DNA of 64,000 nt from Candidatus Kaiserbacteria bacterium (GTDB lineage Bacteria; Patescibacteriota; Minisyncoccia; Phycocordibacterales; UBA2100): contig CP070993.1 of assembly GCA_017134395.1 (NCBI GenBank), positions 608,945-672,944 of the forward strand, written 5' to 3'. Shown here one piece after another: positions 37,111 through 46,247 of the stretch. The translations under genes were made by a program, and so were the position numbers. Numbering within the stretch: position 1 is the stretch's first letter; each line of letters opens with the position of its first letter. The notes beneath the pieces are model-generated. The model made no database searches. It saw only the letters and a program-made list of their open reading frames with translations, and was not told the DNA's origin.

Positions 37111-37140
37111 TATTATAGCATTACATGTAATGCTATAATA
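37111..37140. promoter_or_regulatory. 30-bp perfect palindrome tattatagcattaca|tgtaatgctataata with TATAAT-like -10 boxes on both strands (divergent promoter/operator)
   Basis: exact dyad symmetry; TGcTATAAT extended -10 on plus strand 112 nt upstream of the H1-like gene. Confidence 0.5.
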
Positions 37141-37250
37141 AAAGATATGCACACTTGTGCACACATTTGTGTTGCCTACGCGTGCAAATATTTTTTACAC
37201 GGTATACTTTAAGCAGGTCGAGTACATTACAACTCCACAACCATTATTTT

Positions 37251-37499
37251 ATGGCAACAAAAAAAACTGCAAAAAGAAAAACAGCTGCAAAGCGAAAGCC
37301 AGCAGCAAAGAAGAAGGTAGTTCGTAAGGCTGTTAAAAAGAAGCCAGCAGCAAAACGAAAGCCAGCAGCAAAGAAGAAAGTGGTGAAGCGAAAGCCAGCC
37401 GCAAAGAAAAAGGTTGCAAAGCGAAAGCCTGCAGCAAAAAAGAAAGTAGTGAAGCGAAAGCCAGCTGCTAAGAAAAAAACTGCAAAGCGAAAGCGATAA
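37251..37499 (+). CDS. lysine/alanine-rich histone H1-like DNA-binding protein (KRKPAAKKKVV repeats)
   Basis: 82 aa, mostly K/A/P tandem repeats encoded by 33-39-nt DNA tandem repeats; strong terminator follows. Confidence 0.7.
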   Translation: MATKKTAKRKTAAKRKPAAKKKVVRKAVKKKPAAKRKPAAKKKVVKRKPAAKKKVAKRKPAAKKKVVKRKPAAKKKTAKRKR

Positions 37500-37514
37500 G
37501 CAGTGTACTCAAAA

Positions 37515-37543
37515 CAAAAAGCGCCCCAACGGGGCGTTTTTTG
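37515..37543. terminator. aaaaagcgcccc-aac-ggggcgtttttt
   Basis: GC stem plus T-run. Confidence 0.7.
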
Positions 37544-37632
37544 TGTATTGTTAGCGCGACGTTATAGAGAGCACTTGAATTATGTTTGAGGAATTAGGTA
37601 ATGTAGCTTTGCGTAATCTCACTATAGAAAAG

Positions 37633-37662
37633 AAAAGCCGCCTACCCGAAAGGTAGGCGGCT
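37633..37662. terminator. hairpin aaaagccgcctacc-cgaaa-ggtaggcggct (serves the minus-strand gene 37700-38083)
   Basis: 11-bp stem, U-run on minus strand. Confidence 0.6.
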
Positions 37663-37699
37663 GTGTCCAGAAAGGTCAAACTTTAGATCTTCAAACTTT

Positions 37700-38083
37700 C
37701 TAGTCTTCAACGGTTTCGATGAGATCGGCATTCTCGAGTATGATACTCATATCGTCTGGCGATACTTCGACGCCGTTGCACAAGTCAGGTGCGTTATCTG
37801 GGAAGATCCAGTTAATGTCTGATCGCATTTTTTGCATCGCATCGCGAGAGCGCTGATGTAGTGAGCCACAGCAGTTACCGACTACTACGACCACGTGGCC
37901 CGCAGGCCAACGTTTGTCAATGAATTGAGTATGACTTATCTCACTTTTGTGACGATTCGTTGCGCAGTCAGAGAAGAGGATGATGTCGGGACGCTTCTTC
38001 CAGCGAATCACGACACCCTTCTCGAAGGTTTTTTGTGCATGCTCCAGAACTGAGTCCGGAAGCCATATGCGCGGAATACTCAT
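37700..38083 (-). CDS. hypothetical protein (127 aa)
   Basis: clean ORF with ATG start and downstream terminator; no family recognised. Confidence 0.5.
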   Translation of the reverse strand: MSIPRIWLPDSVLEHAQKTFEKGVVIRWKKRPDIILFSDCATNRHKSEISHTQFIDKRWPAGHVVVVVGNCCGSLHQRSRDAMQKMRSDINWIFPDNAPDLCNGVEVSPDDMSIILENADLIETVED

Positions 38084-38175
38084 TTGCTGCTCCTTCGGTT
38101 GAGATTAATAAGAGGTTCAATTCTAAGTGGATAATGAAATATTTTTCTTCACAAGTCAAGTTTTGGTTCACTCTA

Positions 38176-38219
38176 AAACAAAAGAGTCTGATACTAAACG
38201 AATCAGACTCTGTTGTTTT
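38176..38219. terminator. tRNA-Asp terminator hairpin
   Basis: aaaacaaaagagtctgat...atcagactctgttgtttt. Confidence 0.6.
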
Positions 38220-38223
38220 ATTG

Positions 38224-38297
38224 CGCGAACGAAGGGACTTGAACCCTCAACCTCCCGCGTGACAGGCGGGTGCTCTAACCAATTGAGCTACGTCCGC
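38224..38297 (-). tRNA. tRNA-Asp (anticodon GUC)
   Basis: minus-strand GCGGACG-UA-GCUC-AAUUGGUUA-GAGC-A-CCCGC-CUGUCAC-GCGGG-AGGUU-GAGGG-UUCAAGU-CCCUU-CGUUCGC-G. Confidence 0.85.
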
Positions 38298-38335
38298 AAT
38301 AGAGGCTATTCTAGCAGGATATTTGAATATTTCCA

Positions 38336-39595
38336 CTAAACCAGCCGTTTTAGTATGTCTTGGGCAGCTACCCATGCTGTCGTCCAGCAAAGCTGCAGTG
38401 AAAACCCTCCAGATGGCCGGTTTATGTGTAGTATGTCACCAAGAAGGTAGAGGTTAGGAAACTTTCGTGAAGTCATGTTAGAGAAGTCTACCTCTTCAAG
38501 TGCTACGCCACCGTCTGCAATAACTGCCCTGTCGAGTCCCATAGTTCCGGCAATCATAAATCCAAGTGACTGCATTGTTTTCACAAGCTTTTTCCGATCT
38601 TCTTTCGATATCGAGTGTACACTCACTTCGCCGAGCGCTGGATTAGCTAAAAAGATAACCGCATGAGCTAAACTTTTTTGAAGTAATTCAGGAAGCACGT
38701 TACGGAGTTTCTTATTTTTATTTTTATCAAAGAGTTTCACTACACGTTTATCAAGGTCACCCTCGTTTGTGTCAGGGAAGAGATTAATTTCTGCGTGCAC
38801 AGGTCCTTTTTCTAAGAGCTTACTTACTTCGTGAGATGTGTTAAGTACGAGGGGGCCAGAGATGCCAAAGTGGGTGAACAGTATTTTTCCTTTCTTTTTT
38901 ATTTTAGTCTTGCCGTTTTGGCTGAATCGGATTTCCATAAACGAACACGATGTACCTGAGAGTTTGTGCACCCATTTCTCGTTTACCTTGAGAGGTACGA
39001 TATTAGGGTTTGAATCTGCAACGGTATGTTCTATTTCACGCAGCATACGGAAGCCATCACCGTTTGAACCAGTTTCGGGCGCCGCCGCACCACCAACTGC
39101 CAACACAACGTAGGGTGCTTTGTACGCTTTGCCATCCTTTGTAATAACACCAGTTACGATACCGTCTTCGTGCGTAATTGAGCGAATAGGTGTACCGGTA
39201 AATATCCGCGTGTTTGGATTATCGATTCCTTTTTTGAATACGTCTACTACGTCAGATGCTTTTTGAGATTTTGGAAATACTCGTTTACGTGCTTCCACTA
39301 CAAGCGGAAGTCCTCGTTTTTCAAAAAAGGTAAATGTTTCTTTAACTGAGAACTGTGAGAAAGGGGAGAAGAGGAATTTACTAGACTCTGGAAAGTTTTT
39401 TAGAAACTCGCGTACGTCAAGCTCGGCATTCGTTATGTTACAGCGTCCACCACCACTTATAGAAAGCTTTTTCCCGAGTTCTTTATTTTTCTCGAGAATT
39501 AATACTTGCTTACCTTTGGCAGCAATAATACCAGCACACATCATTCCTGATGCGCCTCCTCCTACGACTATTACGTCTGCGTCTTTCTCTGTCAT
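38336..39595 (-). CDS. HI0933-like FAD-dependent flavoprotein (aminoacetone oxidase family)
   Basis: N-terminal DVIVVGGGASGMM dinucleotide-binding motif, GGGRCNITN, C-terminal PNLYLLGDIL; ORF opens at GTG 39610, ATG 39595. Confidence 0.8.
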   Translation of the reverse strand: MTEKDADVIVVGGGASGMMCAGIIAAKGKQVLILEKNKELGKKLSISGGGRCNITNAELDVREFLKNFPESSKFLFSPFSQFSVKETFTFFEKRGLPLVVEARKRVFPKSQKASDVVDVFKKGIDNPNTRIFTGTPIRSITHEDGIVTGVITKDGKAYKAPYVVLAVGGAAAPETGSNGDGFRMLREIEHTVADSNPNIVPLKVNEKWVHKLSGTSCSFMEIRFSQNGKTKIKKKGKILFTHFGISGPLVLNTSHEVSKLLEKGPVHAEINLFPDTNEGDLDKRVVKLFDKNKNKKLRNVLPELLQKSLAHAVIFLANPALGEVSVHSISKEDRKKLVKTMQSLGFMIAGTMGLDRAVIADGGVALEEVDFSNMTSRKFPNLYLLGDILHINRPSGGFSLQLCWTTAWVAAQDILKRLV

Positions 39596-39680
39596 TTGAC
39601 AAGTATCCACATATATTGCGTTTGGTCAAACTGTTTAGTAAACGAATTCCCAGCAAAGTCATGCGTGGTACTATAGAAAT

Positions 39681-39815
39681 ATGAACCTCACATCATTTTT
39701 GAACGATATTATTGCATTGATAATGAATACGTTTGCTTTGTTTTTGCAGTTTCTTATTTCACTATTTACACTTTTTATAACGTTCATTAGCGGACTTTTG
39801 GGTCTTATAACATAG
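39681..39815 (+). CDS. possible small hydrophobic membrane peptide (44 aa)
   Basis: ATG...TAG ORF below the ORF-track size cut-off, strongly hydrophobic, directly upstream of a membrane protein gene. Confidence 0.25.
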   Translation: MNLTSFLNDIIALIMNTFALFLQFLISLFTLFITFISGLLGLIT

Positions 39816-39818
39816 GAT

Positions 39819-40424
39819 ATGAAGTTTTTTAATTTTACACGTCATCAATGGATTATATTTCTTTTCTCACTTTTGTATGTCGCAGGGTTTACAACCTATT
39901 ACATCGCGAGCGCTAACTACGAATTTCTCTGGTATGTGGGCGTGATGCTTATCTTTTTTGTGCTGCTAGTAGCTACATTACCTGCTTCTCGATTTTCACC
40001 ACTTATTTTATGGGGGCTTTCGCTTTGGGGTCTAGCACATATGGCAGGGGGGAGTATTCCTGTGGGCGACACGGTGCTCTACGGCGTCCAGCTCATTAGT
40101 GTGTTTACCGATGGAGAACTAACGCTTGTTAAATATGACCAAGTAGTACATGCTTTTGGGTTTGCGGTTGCGACACTTGTTGCGCATCACTTACTTGCAC
40201 CACGATGGAAAGAAGATGCTTCAAAAGCACTAGGCTATGCGCTTGCAGCAGGTGTCGGTATGGGGCTCGGTGCGTTAAATGAGATTGTAGAATTTATTGC
40301 TGTTCTTTCATTTCCGGAAACGGGTGTGGGAGGTTACTTTAATACAGGCCTTGATCTGCTGGCAAACATGATAGGAGTTCTTCTTGCTGTTGGATTCCTT
40401 GCGTACAGAGATAGAAACAAATAA
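39819..40424 (+). CDS. integral membrane protein (about 6 TM), function unknown
   Basis: multiple hydrophobic helices; no motif recognised. Confidence 0.6.
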   Translation: MKFFNFTRHQWIIFLFSLLYVAGFTTYYIASANYEFLWYVGVMLIFFVLLVATLPASRFSPLILWGLSLWGLAHMAGGSIPVGDTVLYGVQLISVFTDGELTLVKYDQVVHAFGFAVATLVAHHLLAPRWKEDASKALGYALAAGVGMGLGALNEIVEFIAVLSFPETGVGGYFNTGLDLLANMIGVLLAVGFLAYRDRNK

Positions 40425-40497
40425 TTTGCGCTCATAGTCAAACATTGTAAGATACAGCAGCGTATGTATGGACGTACGTACGTGCATACGTATGTAT

Positions 40498-40570
40498 GCC
40501 GGGATAGCTCAGTTGGTAGAGCGCACCCATGGTAAGGGTGAGGTCACGGGTTCGAATCCCGTTCCTGGCT
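40498..40570 (+). tRNA. tRNA-Thr (anticodon GGU)
   Basis: GCCGGGA-UA-GCUC-AGUUGGUA-GAGC-G-CACCC-AUGGUAA-GGGUG-AGGUC-ACGGG-UUCGAAU-CCCGU-UCCUGGC-U. Confidence 0.85.
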
Positions 40571-40594
40571 CCCGTAGACAATAGCCGTTAATAA

Positions 40595-40667
40595 GCCACC
40601 TTAGCTCAGTTGGTAGAGCGACGCACTCGTAACGCGTAGGTCCGCAGTTCGATTCTGCGAGGTGGCT
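40595..40667 (+). tRNA. tRNA-Thr (anticodon CGU)
   Basis: GCCACCU-UA-GCUC-AGUUGGUA-GAGC-G-ACGCA-CUCGUAA-CGCGU-AGGUC-CGCAG-UUCGAUU-CUGCG-AGGUGGC-U. Confidence 0.85.
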
Positions 40668-40668
40668 C

Positions 40669-41004
40669 ATGTTAATACATATAAAAGATATTGTTGCATT
40701 AGGTATTCATGGTTGTTTAAGTCGTGAAAAAAAGAAGGGTCAGCGTTTTCGTGTGTCTATTTCTTTCGCGTTGGTAACACCGTCAGTGAATGACGAATTA
40801 GATGAAACAGTGGATTGGAAAGAAGTACGTGATGTCATCATTCATAGCATTGAAAATGAAAGTTTTTCTCTTGTTGAAACATTAGCGACTCATATAGCGC
40901 AAACTGTTCAGTTGCTAGATACAAACATCAAAGATATAACCGTACATGTAGAAAAACTAGATGCGTGGGACAATGGAGTACCAAGTGTTACAGTTAAAGG
41001 GTGA
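40669..41004 (+). CDS. folB: dihydroneopterin aldolase (FolB)-family protein
   Basis: 111 aa; GIHGCLSREKKKGQRFRVSISF...VDWKEV...LVETLATHIAQTV resembles FolB; starts 2 nt after tRNA-Thr. Confidence 0.6.
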   Translation: MLIHIKDIVALGIHGCLSREKKKGQRFRVSISFALVTPSVNDELDETVDWKEVRDVIIHSIENESFSLVETLATHIAQTVQLLDTNIKDITVHVEKLDAWDNGVPSVTVKG

Positions 41005-41081
41005 TACTCTTTGTATCTTGACGCTTGTCGTCAGCCCATATAGTCTAGACAATAGAGTTCATTTAGAATGAGGAGCTGCAA

Positions 41082-41357
41082 ATGATTCTTATTCATCTCT
41101 ATGTATACTCATTCAGCGAAAAAGGTGTCGACAGTTTTGAAGGCATGGCTAATCTTTATAAGGTCGTTGATCAGTTTTCAGTTCAATGCGACGAAAAAAA
41201 GGAAAATATTCGTATAGATTGGACGCTCAAGATTACACATCCTGTGAGTAAGGAAAGCATGCTACTCGACATTTTTGATGTAGAAAGAACAGACGACGGG
41301 TGGAATTGTGCTGTGATACCTACACATGAGGCGTGTCAGGAGTACTCATTACACTGA
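41082..41357 (+). CDS. hypothetical protein (91 aa)
   Basis: strong SD (GAGGAG) 7 nt upstream; terminator downstream. Confidence 0.45.
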   Translation: MILIHLYVYSFSEKGVDSFEGMANLYKVVDQFSVQCDEKKENIRIDWTLKITHPVSKESMLLDIFDVERTDDGWNCAVIPTHEACQEYSLH

Positions 41358-41375
41358 TGTGTCGTCTAAGTAAGT

Positions 41376-41406
41376 AGAGGGACGCGCAAGCGTCCCTCTC
41401 TTTATA
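41376..41406. terminator. gagggacgcgcaagcgtccctc plus T-run
   Basis: 9-bp GC stem. Confidence 0.6.
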
Positions 41407-41425
41407 TTTGTATACTAATAGGTAA

Positions 41426-42286
41426 ATGACAGAAAATAAAAACAGTAGTCGTATAGCAGAAATAGAAAGCCTTATGAATGAGGCAACTTTTTGGAACGAT
41501 TCTGTAAAAGCGCAAGACCTCATTAAAGAATTGCAAGAATTGAAAGATGAAACAGAAGGTGTAGGCAAGTACGATAGAGGTGCTGCGATTGTCAGCATCC
41601 TCTCGGGTGCCGGCGGCGACGATGCCGAAGATTTTTCTGCCATGCTCTTTACGATGTACAGAAAGTTTATTGAGAACAAGGGGTGGAGTGCGACTATACT
41701 AGATGAAAACGTAAGTGACGCAGGGTACCGTAGTGTGTCGTTTGAAGTGACTGGTAAGAATGTGTATGGAACATTAAAGAATGAATCAGGAGTACACCGG
41801 CTCGTTCGTATTAGTCCATTTAATGCACAAGGTAAAAGACAAACAAGCTTCTCACTTGTTGAAGTTGTTCCGAAGCTTCCTGAAATAGAAGCTATCGCAC
41901 TACCGCCGAGCGATCTTGATATACGTTTTGCGCGCGCCGGTGGTGCAGGAGGTCAAAATGTAAACAAGGTAGAAACAGCAGTTCGTATTACGCATATCCC
42001 CACAGGTATTGCCGTGAAGTGTACTGCCGAGCGAAGCCAGGAGCGTAACCGCGAAAAAGCACTCGAGATACTACGAGGCAAGCTCTATAAAAAACAAGAA
42101 GAGGACAGGGAGAAAGAAGAAAAAGGGTTGGCAGTCTCACCTCATGTGAAGATAGAGTGGGGAAGCCAGATACGTTCATATGTATTGCACCCGTATAAAA
42201 AAGTTAAAGACCACCGTACTGACGTAGAGACATCAAATGTTGACGCTGTGCTCAATGGAGACCTTTCAGTTTTTATTGGTGGTTAG
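41426..42286 (+). CDS. prfB: peptide chain release factor 2 (SPF motif), short form without programmed frameshift
   Basis: GGQ motif ([24 protein letters not shown]), SPF tripeptide ([15 protein letters not shown]); 286 aa, contiguous single ORF. Confidence 0.85.
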   Translation: MTENKNSSRIAEIESLMNEATFWNDSVKAQDLIKELQELKDETEGVGKYDRGAAIVSILSGAGGDDAEDFSAMLFTMYRKFIENKGWSATILDENVSDAGYRSVSFEVTGKNVYGTLKNESGVHRLVRISPFNAQGKRQTSFSLVEVVPKLPEIEAIALPPSDLDIRFARAGGAGGQNVNKVETAVRITHIPTGIAVKCTAERSQERNREKALEILRGKLYKKQEEDREKEEKGLAVSPHVKIEWGSQIRSYVLHPYKKVKDHRTDVETSNVDAVLNGDLSVFIGG

Positions 42287-42357
42287 TAACCCAAAAAAGT
42301 TGGTCGCAACAACAGGTGCCTGTATAATAGTATCTGTATAATTCCAGATAAGAATAT

Positions 42358-43038
42358 ATGATTTATTTCGACAAAGTTACTAAATTTTACAATGGAGGTA
42401 TAGCAGCACTAGACGATGTAACAATGACCATAGAACCGGGAGAGTTCGTTTCTATTGTTGGGCATTCAGGTGCGGGTAAATCAACCCTTCTTAAGATGAT
42501 TTTCGCCGAAGAGATTCCTTCTGAGGGAACTGTGTATTTTGAATCAAACAACATTGCGTACTTTGGTAAGAGCGACCTTAACAAACTACGAAGAAAAATA
42601 GGGACGGTGTTTCAAGATTTTCGTTTGCTCCCTACAAAAACAGTATACGAAAACATAGCCTTTGCTATGGAAGCAGCAGGGCAGCGAAACGAAGATATTG
42701 CAGCCGATGTTCCACACGTACTTGATCTCGTAGATCTTTCAGAAAAGATGGATAGTTTTCCACGAGAGCTTTCAGGTGGTGAACAGCAGCGAGTGGCGAT
42801 TGCACGAGCTATTGTAAACCAGCCAGATGTGGTTGTTGCCGATGAACCCACAGGAAACTTAGACCCCATAAGTACGTACGAAATCGTCCAGATTCTTAAG
42901 AAAATTAACGATCTCGGTACAACTATCATTCTTACCACACACAACAAGGGTGTGATTGATTCATTAGGAAAGCGCGTTATTACCATGGATGAGGGCCGTG
43001 TTGTTCGGGACGATAAAAGCGGGCACTACGAGTTATAG
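42358..43038 (+). CDS. ftsE: cell-division ABC ATPase FtsE
   Basis: Walker [10 protein letters not shown], signature LSGGEQQR, Walker [12 protein letters not shown]. Confidence 0.9.
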   Translation: MIYFDKVTKFYNGGIAALDDVTMTIEPGEFVSIVGHSGAGKSTLLKMIFAEEIPSEGTVYFESNNIAYFGKSDLNKLRRKIGTVFQDFRLLPTKTVYENIAFAMEAAGQRNEDIAADVPHVLDLVDLSEKMDSFPRELSGGEQQRVAIARAIVNQPDVVVADEPTGNLDPISTYEIVQILKKINDLGTTIILTTHNKGVIDSLGKRVITMDEGRVVRDDKSGHYEL

Positions 43039-43051
43039 TATAATTGTTAAA

Positions 43052-43984
43052 ATGGCTTTTTGGATAAACATAAAAAGAGTATCGCGAGCAGGCTTCATTG
43101 GCTTTTTGCGTAATGGATTTGTTTCACTGACTACAGTGTTGATTATGGCGATTGTTCTTTTTGTTATGGGTGCACTGATGATGGGTAGTGCCGCGCTCGA
43201 CTCGACGCTCGTGCAATTACAAGAAAAGGTAGACATAAACGTATACTTCCTTACCAATGCACCTGAGAGTGACATTCTTGCGCTTCGTGATCTGGTGAGC
43301 GAATTGCCAGAAGTAGCAAACGTCGAATACGTAAGTCGGGACGAAGCACTTGCTCAGTTCCGCGAACGACATAAAGACGACCAGTTAACACTGCAAGCAC
43401 TCGATGAGCTCGACGAGAATCCGCTCGGGGCTTCACTTGCAATTAGGGCAAAGGAAACAAGCCAATACGAAGGCATTGCGGGGTTCTTAGAAAACGAAAC
43501 TGCAGTTGGCGGGGGCGCTCAGATAATAGAGAAAATTAACTATTTCCAGAACAAAGCAGCTATTAATAAATTAACAAATATTATTGATGCTTCGGAGCGT
43601 TTCGGGCTCATCGTGACTATTTTCCTTATTGCCGTTTCGGCTTTGATTGTTTTTAACACTATTCGTCTCGCTATCTTCACAACGAAAGAAGAAATAGGTG
43701 TTATGCAGCTCGTGGGTGCTTCCGACTGGTACGTACAGGGTCCATTTATCATTGAAGGGTCCTTGTATGGGTTTGCTGGGGCACTGTTGGCTCTGTTAGC
43801 CCTCTATCCTGTTTCATTGTCGCTTGGTCCGGCGTCACAAGCATTTCTAGGGTCTTTCAATGTACTTTCGTATTATGCAAACAACATTGGCTGGCTTTTC
43901 TTCGTCCTTGTTGCAACAGGGGTAGGACTCGGTGCTCTGTCGAGCTTTATAGCGGTCCGAAGGTATTTACGTTTAACAAATTAA
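43052..43984 (+). CDS. ftsX: cell-division permease FtsX
   Basis: 4 TM with large periplasmic loop; follows ftsE; ORF track opens at 42989 inside ftsE, ATG 43052. Confidence 0.85.
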   Translation: MAFWINIKRVSRAGFIGFLRNGFVSLTTVLIMAIVLFVMGALMMGSAALDSTLVQLQEKVDINVYFLTNAPESDILALRDLVSELPEVANVEYVSRDEALAQFRERHKDDQLTLQALDELDENPLGASLAIRAKETSQYEGIAGFLENETAVGGGAQIIEKINYFQNKAAINKLTNIIDASERFGLIVTIFLIAVSALIVFNTIRLAIFTTKEEIGVMQLVGASDWYVQGPFIIEGSLYGFAGALLALLALYPVSLSLGPASQAFLGSFNVLSYYANNIGWLFFVLVATGVGLGALSSFIAVRRYLRLTN

Positions 43985-44039
43985 CAATTAACTTGCAAAG
44001 TTAGGCACATTAGCTAGACTTCACAACAATTTAGTGCGC

Positions 44040-45686
44040 ATGGCAAAAAAAGGACACAAATACATATTTGTTATCGGTGGAGTAATGTCAGGAGTTGGCA
44101 AAGGTATCGCAACCGCTTCAATCGGAAACATCCTCCAAGCAAATGGATATAAGGTCAACCTCGTAAAAGTTGACCCTTATTTAAATGTAGACGCGGGAAC
44201 CATGAATCCAACCGAGCATGGTGAAGCATTTGTGCTTCGTTCAGGTCTTGAGACAGACCAAGACATGGGAAACTATGAACGATTCTTAAATCGGGATCTT
44301 CCTGAAGCAAACTATGTAACAAGCGGTATGGTGTATCGCAATGTTATCGAGCGAGAACGTAATCTCGAATACGATGGAAATTGTGTAGAAGCTATTCCGC
44401 ATATTCGTAACGAAATTGTTGAGCGGTTTGAAAAAGCAGCGAGCATCAATGGTTCAGAAATTAGTGTTATTGAAATTGGCGGAACAGTAGGAGACTACCA
44501 AAACATTATGTTTATTGAAGCCGCTCGTGTTATGAAATCGCGTAATCCAGACGATGTCCTTTCCATAATGGTTTCGTACTTACCAATTCCATCGAAAGTA
44601 GGTGAAATGAAAACAAAACCAACACAAAATGCTATTCGACAGCTCAATTCTTATGGAGTACAACCTGACTTTGTTATTGGGCGTTCCGAAGAAGTTATTG
44701 ATGAGCGACGAAAAGGAAAAATTGCCGAACAATGTAATGTTCGTCCAGAGCATGTTATTTCAGCACCAGACATTGAAAGTATTTACGATGTACCACTTAA
44801 TTTTGAGAGAGACAACCTTTCAGGACTGATTCTCTCTGCACTGAAACTGAAGAAGAAAAATAAGGTAGCAGATTTGAAAGATTGGAAAGCATTCGTAAAA
44901 AAAGTGCACAATCCAAAAAAGGAGGTGAACATTGCAGTCGTGGGAAAGTATTTCGATACCGGTGACTTCGTGCTCTCTGATGCGTATATTTCGGTTATTG
45001 AAGCGATTAAGTTCTCTGCCTTCTCACTTGGAGCAAAACCTACGCTGACATGGATTTCTTCACATGACTTTGAAAATGGTAAACGAAAAGTAAGTGAACT
45101 AAAAAACTATGACGGTGTTATCGTTCCGGGTGGTTTTGGTAAAACAGGTATCGCTGGAAAATTAAAGGCAATCAAGTACATTCGTGAAAACAAAATTCCA
45201 TACTTTGGATTGTGTTACGGGATGCAGCTTGCTGTCGTTGAATACGCCATAAATGTCCTTGGGTTGAAAGATGCGGCTACTCGCGAAATGAACAAAGACG
45301 CAACACATCTTGTTATCGATATTATGGAAGAGCAAAAAGCGAAGCTTAAAAACAAAGACTACGGTGGAACTATGCGACTTGGTGTGTACCCAGCACAGCT
45401 TAAAAAAGGAACTATAGCGCGTGCTGCGTACGGTAAAGAGGTAGTAGAAGAACGTCACCGTCACCGATACGAAGTCAATCCAGAATATGTCGAGCAACTA
45501 GAAGACGCAGGGCTCGTGTTCTCAGGTACGTCACCCGACAAGAAGCTTATGGAGATTATTGAGCTTCCGAAGGCAGAACATCCGTTTTTTCTTGGAACAC
45601 AGTTTCACCCTGAACTTCAAGCACGACCGTTGGTACCAAGTCCATTGTTTACAGAGTTTGTACGGGCTTGTTTGAAAAAACAGTAA
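44040..45686 (+). CDS. pyrG: CTP synthase
   Basis: N-terminal KYIFVIGGVMSGVGKGI, C-terminal glutamine amidotransferase domain with GLCYGMQ catalytic Cys; ORF opens at GTG 44034. Confidence 0.92.
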   Translation: MAKKGHKYIFVIGGVMSGVGKGIATASIGNILQANGYKVNLVKVDPYLNVDAGTMNPTEHGEAFVLRSGLETDQDMGNYERFLNRDLPEANYVTSGMVYRNVIERERNLEYDGNCVEAIPHIRNEIVERFEKAASINGSEISVIEIGGTVGDYQNIMFIEAARVMKSRNPDDVLSIMVSYLPIPSKVGEMKTKPTQNAIRQLNSYGVQPDFVIGRSEEVIDERRKGKIAEQCNVRPEHVISAPDIESIYDVPLNFERDNLSGLILSALKLKKKNKVADLKDWKAFVKKVHNPKKEVNIAVVGKYFDTGDFVLSDAYISVIEAIKFSAFSLGAKPTLTWISSHDFENGKRKVSELKNYDGVIVPGGFGKTGIAGKLKAIKYIRENKIPYFGLCYGMQLAVVEYAINVLGLKDAATREMNKDATHLVIDIMEEQKAKLKNKDYGGTMRLGVYPAQLKKGTIARAAYGKEVVEERHRHRYEVNPEYVEQLEDAGLVFSGTSPDKKLMEIIELPKAEHPFFLGTQFHPELQARPLVPSPLFTEFVRACLKKQ

Positions 45687-45713
45687 TTATTTAGAAACGT
45701 ATACACATACACT

Positions 45714-46247
45714 ATGTTTGAAATTTTCTTACGAACAAAGAAGCGGCAATCATACTTACCAGAATTTGTGTACGGTAGTATGGATGGTCTTGTGACCACC
45801 TTTGCTATTGTTACGGGGTCTGTTGGTGCGTCGCTTCCAGCCGGTATCATTCTCATTATGGGATTTGCGAATGTATTTGCTGATGCATTTTCAATGGGGG
45901 CGTCTAGCTATTTGGCTGCGGTTTCAGAAGATCCAGAGCATCGAAAGATGCACGAAAAGCATCCGGTGCGTAAAGCGGTGGTGACGTTTCTCTCTTTCGT
46001 CATCATTGGTCTTATTCCACTATTGCCATTCGTAGTTGCTTATATCATTCCGGAGTTCGCTGGCAAGGCTATACAAGTATCTGTGATAACAACAATGATA
46101 GCATTTGGTGTTATCGGATATATTTCTGGTGCAGTACTTAATGAAAACAAGTTTGTAACAACGATCCGTAACTTTACCATTGGTGGTGCAGCCGCAGCTA
46201 TTTCGTTTGGAGTAGGGTATGCACTGGTGAACCTCTTCGGTATCTAG
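45714..46247 (+). CDS. VIT1/CCC1-family membrane protein (short form)
   Basis: YGSMDGLVTTFAIVTG motif. Confidence 0.55.
   Translation: MFEIFLRTKKRQSYLPEFVYGSMDGLVTTFAIVTGSVGASLPAGIILIMGFANVFADAFSMGASSYLAAVSEDPEHRKMHEKHPVRKAVVTFLSFVIIGLIPLLPFVVAYIIPEFAGKAIQVSVITTMIAFGVIGYISGAVLNENKFVTTIRNFTIGGAAAAISFGVGYALVNLFGI

Noticed and set aside
37105-37164. Longer N-terminus for the ArsR-like regulator (ORF track 36829..37164), and ORF 37155..37499 as start of the H1-like gene
   Set aside because: Both extensions run through the 30-bp palindromic operator and -10 boxes. Internal ATGs at 37104 and 37251 are preferred.
41340-41425. Looked for an upstream +1 frame segment of RF2 (programmed frameshift)
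   Set aside because: A terminator hairpin and stop codons in all frames precede the ATG at 41426. No CUU-UGA-C site.
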